Source: Gonapodya sp. JEL0774 (taxonomy: Eukaryota). From it: 64,000 bases of DNA. Numbering within the stretch: the first letter of the stretch is position 1; the number at the start of each line of letters is the position of its first letter. The stretch is taken from contig JADIIX010000023.1 in assembly GCA_027604505.1 (NCBI GenBank), forward strand, positions 124,001 through 188,000. The letters are read 5' to 3'. Made by a program: the position numbers and the translations under genes. A model generated the notes under the pieces. It was not told where the DNA came from, searched no databases, and was given only the letters and a program-made list of their open reading frames with translations. This document shows, piece by piece, positions 60,399 through 64,000 of this stretch.

Positions 60399-63300
60399 AT
60401 GCCGCCACTAAGGGAGCTCCTGCGAAGGCGTAAGTAACCATGGATCCACGTTGATCGAATTGGAAACGGTGCATGTTTGGGGTTCAAAACGAGGAAGGGA
60501 CACGTGAATGAACAGTATTTCGACGCGCGACGGAGAGCTCACTGAACGCAACCTTGCTTTTCAGGCATCATCAATGACATCGTTCGCGCTGTCAATCCAG
60601 GGGATCCGTCAGGTGGAGGTGGCAAATGGAAGTTGCTTGTGACAGACCCGAAGTCACTCCGCATCCTCACATCATGCGCAAAGATGTACGACGTTCTAGA
60701 GGAAAACGTTACGCGTAAGTTATTTCAATGAGTTTTGCTGGAGGTGGGCGGATTGCACCCCCAGGCCAGTCTTCCAACCTTTCCGGTAATACGAAAGCTG
60801 GGTAACCTACACTCTGGACCTCTGACTTGCCAGTTTGTTCGTGGGCTCTGCCTGTTTTATTAAATTGATGATCAGGGAAGGCGATTGTGTGGAGTTGGCG
60901 GATTCCATTTCACTTCCCCAGTTGAACCACCCACTTACTTAGTGGTACCTCTTCAGTAGCATAGTCACTGGAAGGGACACTACAAAATCCTTTGTGCATC
61001 ATTTCCCCTAACTGGTTGGTGGCAGCGGAAACGAGCTGGCGCCGGAGATGTTTCAGCAAATCCAGCTCACAGCTCGAACTGCATGGCCAATCTCATTTAT
61101 TCTCATCGTCAACTCTTGAATCTCTTAGTCATCGAGAATATTGAGCGTAAACGACAACCGTATCCCGACCTCGACGCCATCTACTTCTTAAGCCCAACCG
61201 ACCAATCAATCGAACGATTTATTGACGATACACTGTACGGTGGTGGGATTGTGGAGCGGACCCGGGATGGCCCTGTTGGAAAGCCTCTTTACGCTGCTGC
61301 GCACGTGTTTTTTACGGCAAGTGAGTATGACGCTAAGTGGACTTGTTTCGAATATGGTGGACGAACCGAAAATCGTCTGCTGTCCTTTGTCAAGATGAGT
61401 GACGATAAGAAGACTTTATTGAGTTCAACCCAATCTTTTCAACTCCACAAAATCTGACAGCTATTCCGGATCGACTGTTCCAGCGTATACGGGAGGCTCT
61501 CGGTCGACATATTGAGGACCGTTATGTCAAAAAGTTAACGGAAATATTCGTGGACTTCATTGGTAAGAGTCAATCGTTCTTGCTTGGCGGACAGACGTGC
61601 AACTTTCACGTGACCTCACCGGTCAAGCCTTTGAATCTATTTGCTTTACTGTCGAGGCACCACGAATATTCTACAGTCTCTACTCGCCAAACGCTGATCA
61701 GGGCAAGTTGGAGAACGAGCTGGACGAAATCGCCCGACGAGTGAACATTTGTCGTCGCAAGTCTCGTCATCAACTTCCCTTTATCTAACTCGTAGTGCGA
61801 CGTAGATTGTCTCGGTCCTCTCGACACTCGGGGAGTATCCCACCATAAGATTCTTCAATTCACCTGGCTCCTCGACCTCTTCAAATCCATCTCTCGCGTC
61901 CTCCGCTCCATCTCGGCTTGCTAATCGGATCCAACATCATTTAGATGAACTCTGCCGGCTTGATGATACCTTTCCCCCTGCAACACCTTATCAACGGGCC
62001 ACTATGGTCGTCGTAGATAGAACTGTTGACCTGACGGGTGCACTACTTCACGAATTCACCTATCAGGCAATGGTGGCAGACTTGATTGGTGGTATGGGAG
62101 CTGGAAAGGTGGAAGTTGCGGCTGAAGGGGAAGGAGGGAGCTCTTCCAGTGTAACTTTGGATGAAGGGGATCAATTGTGGGTGAGTGTTGGAAGGTTACG
62201 GAGCACGGTGAAGAGGAAACGGTTTACGTGGAGATCGTTTCATCGGATGTTTCGGGATTGAATGATCGTTCTGTGGTTACGGTGTGAGATGGAAACTGCG
62301 ATTACTCGGAATTTGTCTTCTTCTCGAAGTTTTAGTGGCTCGATGCGCCAATCACGATGCTTTTCTCACCAATACACATTCGGTTGCAGATGAGCCTACG
62401 ACACGGACATATTGCTGATACTACCCGCGAGCTGACTTCCCAATTCAATAAATTTCTCTCAGACAATCCTGCAGCGGCAGGAATCGCCGGGGGTGGGAGA
62501 CCGTGAGCTGTGTTTTGCTGTTGCGCTTAGGATAGATTGCTCCAACTCTCACTTGCCCTTGCTCTGCATTAGAGCCAACGACATTAAAGATATGCTTAGT
62601 ACAATTCAATCACTTCCTCAGTTCGCTGACCTGAAGTCTAAGTTCACAACACATATAAGCCTGACGCAGCAGTGCCTGCAGCTGTACCAGCGACGGCGCC
62701 TGAACGATCTGGCGACTGTGGAGCAAGAGCTTGCAACAGGGGAGAGAGCGGATGGTACAGTCCCGAAGGACAGTTTTGTGGACATGGTGCCACTTCTGGA
62801 CTCGACAGATGTTACGTAAGTCGGTTTATATTTGAGCTACGAGCTGGACTCATTCCTTCTGAAACCCACAGTAATTCGGATAAGCTTCGCCTACTCATGC
62901 AATACATCATTTCACGTGTTGATGGCATTCAAGACGATGACCGGCGGAAGATGTTGCAGACTGCCAAACTGACCCCAGATGAATCCGATGCACTTACCAA
63001 TCTGGCATACATGGGGGTCAAACTTTCGGCCTCGTCGTACTCGGATAAATCCTGGAAACGACCACCCAAGACCAGGCGAGCTTACGAAGGTGTCACTGCG
63101 GCAAGTAAGAAGAAAGCCAAGGGTAATGGGCCCGAAAAGTACGACGTATCGCGATATGTACCAGTGTTGAAGGATATCATGGAGGATCAAGCAAATGGAG
63201 CTCTGCGGTCCGACTTGTTCGGTTACGTCAAAGAGCTCCCTCCCGAGGAACTTGCACAGGGCAAACCCACCAGTTCTGTCGGTAAAGCCATTAAAGCTGC

Positions 63301-63986
63301 GTCCGCGCTCACTGGCGTGCAGGCAACAACAGTTGTTCAACAGCTTGCAAGTAAGGCTGGCTCACTTCCTACGGACGGAAGCCCAGTAAAAACGCTGCGC
63401 TCGACACGACCAACGTGGGCGAAGAAGACCCCACATACATTAAGGGATGAGGCTGCAAGTGGAATATCTGGGGGCGGTGGCGGTGGTGGAAGCGGCTCTG
63501 GTGGGAAAAAGGATGATGATGATGAATTGCGGAGGAATGGAGGGCGGATTGTTGTTTTTGTGCTTGGAGGAATGACTTTTGCGGAATTGCGAAGTGCATA
63601 TGAGATTCAGAAAGAGTTTCGTCGAGAGGTGGTAATAGGTCCGTGACTTCTTCTTCCGTATTCAATTGCACATCAACTTCTTGTGGCTGATCTTCCGCCC
63701 CCTAGGTACCACCCACATGATAACCCCCAGCGAACTTATCGCCAGCCTCCGGGACCTCAAACGTGGACCACCTCCTGATGAGCCTGCTCCGGCTCCGCTC
63801 CCAACCCGAAGCTATGCGCCTTCGTCAATTTCACGGACCGCGACGCCGGCGAGTGATTCTGGAAGCGAGCGTCCTGCCAAATTGACAAACGTCGGGTCAA
63901 TGAACTCTGTGGCGGGTGCTCCCGTGGAGAAAGAGAAGAAGAAAAAGATTTTCAGTAATCCCTTAAAGAAATTTTCGGGTACTTAA
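60399..63986 (+). CDS. SEC1: Sec1/Munc18 (SM) exocytic vesicle-fusion protein, multi-exon
   Basis: Motifs WKLLVTDPKSLRILTSCAKMYDVLEENVT, IENIERKRQPYPDLDAIYFLSPT, VVVDRTVDLTGALLHEFTYQAM, LRHGHIAD, LATVEQELATG, YDVSRYVPVLKDIME and IVVFVLGGMTFAELRSAYE. Confidence 0.95.
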
Positions 63987-64000
63987 TTCTGGTCCAGTTC

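Noticed and set aside
60716..61127. Long Sec1 intron with TGATGA as a snoRNA host
   Set aside because: No downstream box D (CTGA) at a suitable distance and no recognisable guide.

Overview
This is 64 kb of intron-rich, gene-dense eukaryotic DNA. It looks like an early-diverging (chytrid/monoblepharid-type) fungus; that is an inference from the Zn2Cys6 factor, DLT1, the long XMAP215, BORC/ZW10/YEATS2 homologs and short GT-AG introns. I can support about 18 spliced protein genes. The housekeeping block (0-36 kb) holds a Pom34/NPCC-like fragment, ZW10, an Ahc1-type zinc finger + YEATS2 protein, THOC1, a conserved fungal charged protein, DLT1, XMAP215/CKAP5, a BORCS6-like gene missed by the ORF track, a disordered CDK-site-rich protein and a TRFH-domain protein with no visible Myb domain. 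The more accessory block (36-60 kb) holds a membrane-anchored Nudix hydrolase, a divergent fumarylacetoacetase next to a Zn2Cys6 regulator, a decayed ORF region, a beta-lactamase-family serine hydrolase, an ankyrin-SH3 protein, a secreted protein of three copies of an unassigned ~130-aa beta domain, a zinc-finger gene and a plant-type LRR receptor-like protein. Sec1 closes the window. I found no rRNA, tRNA, CRISPR or intact mobile element. All homology calls come from motifs recognised by eye, not from searches, and exon boundaries were inferred by hand.
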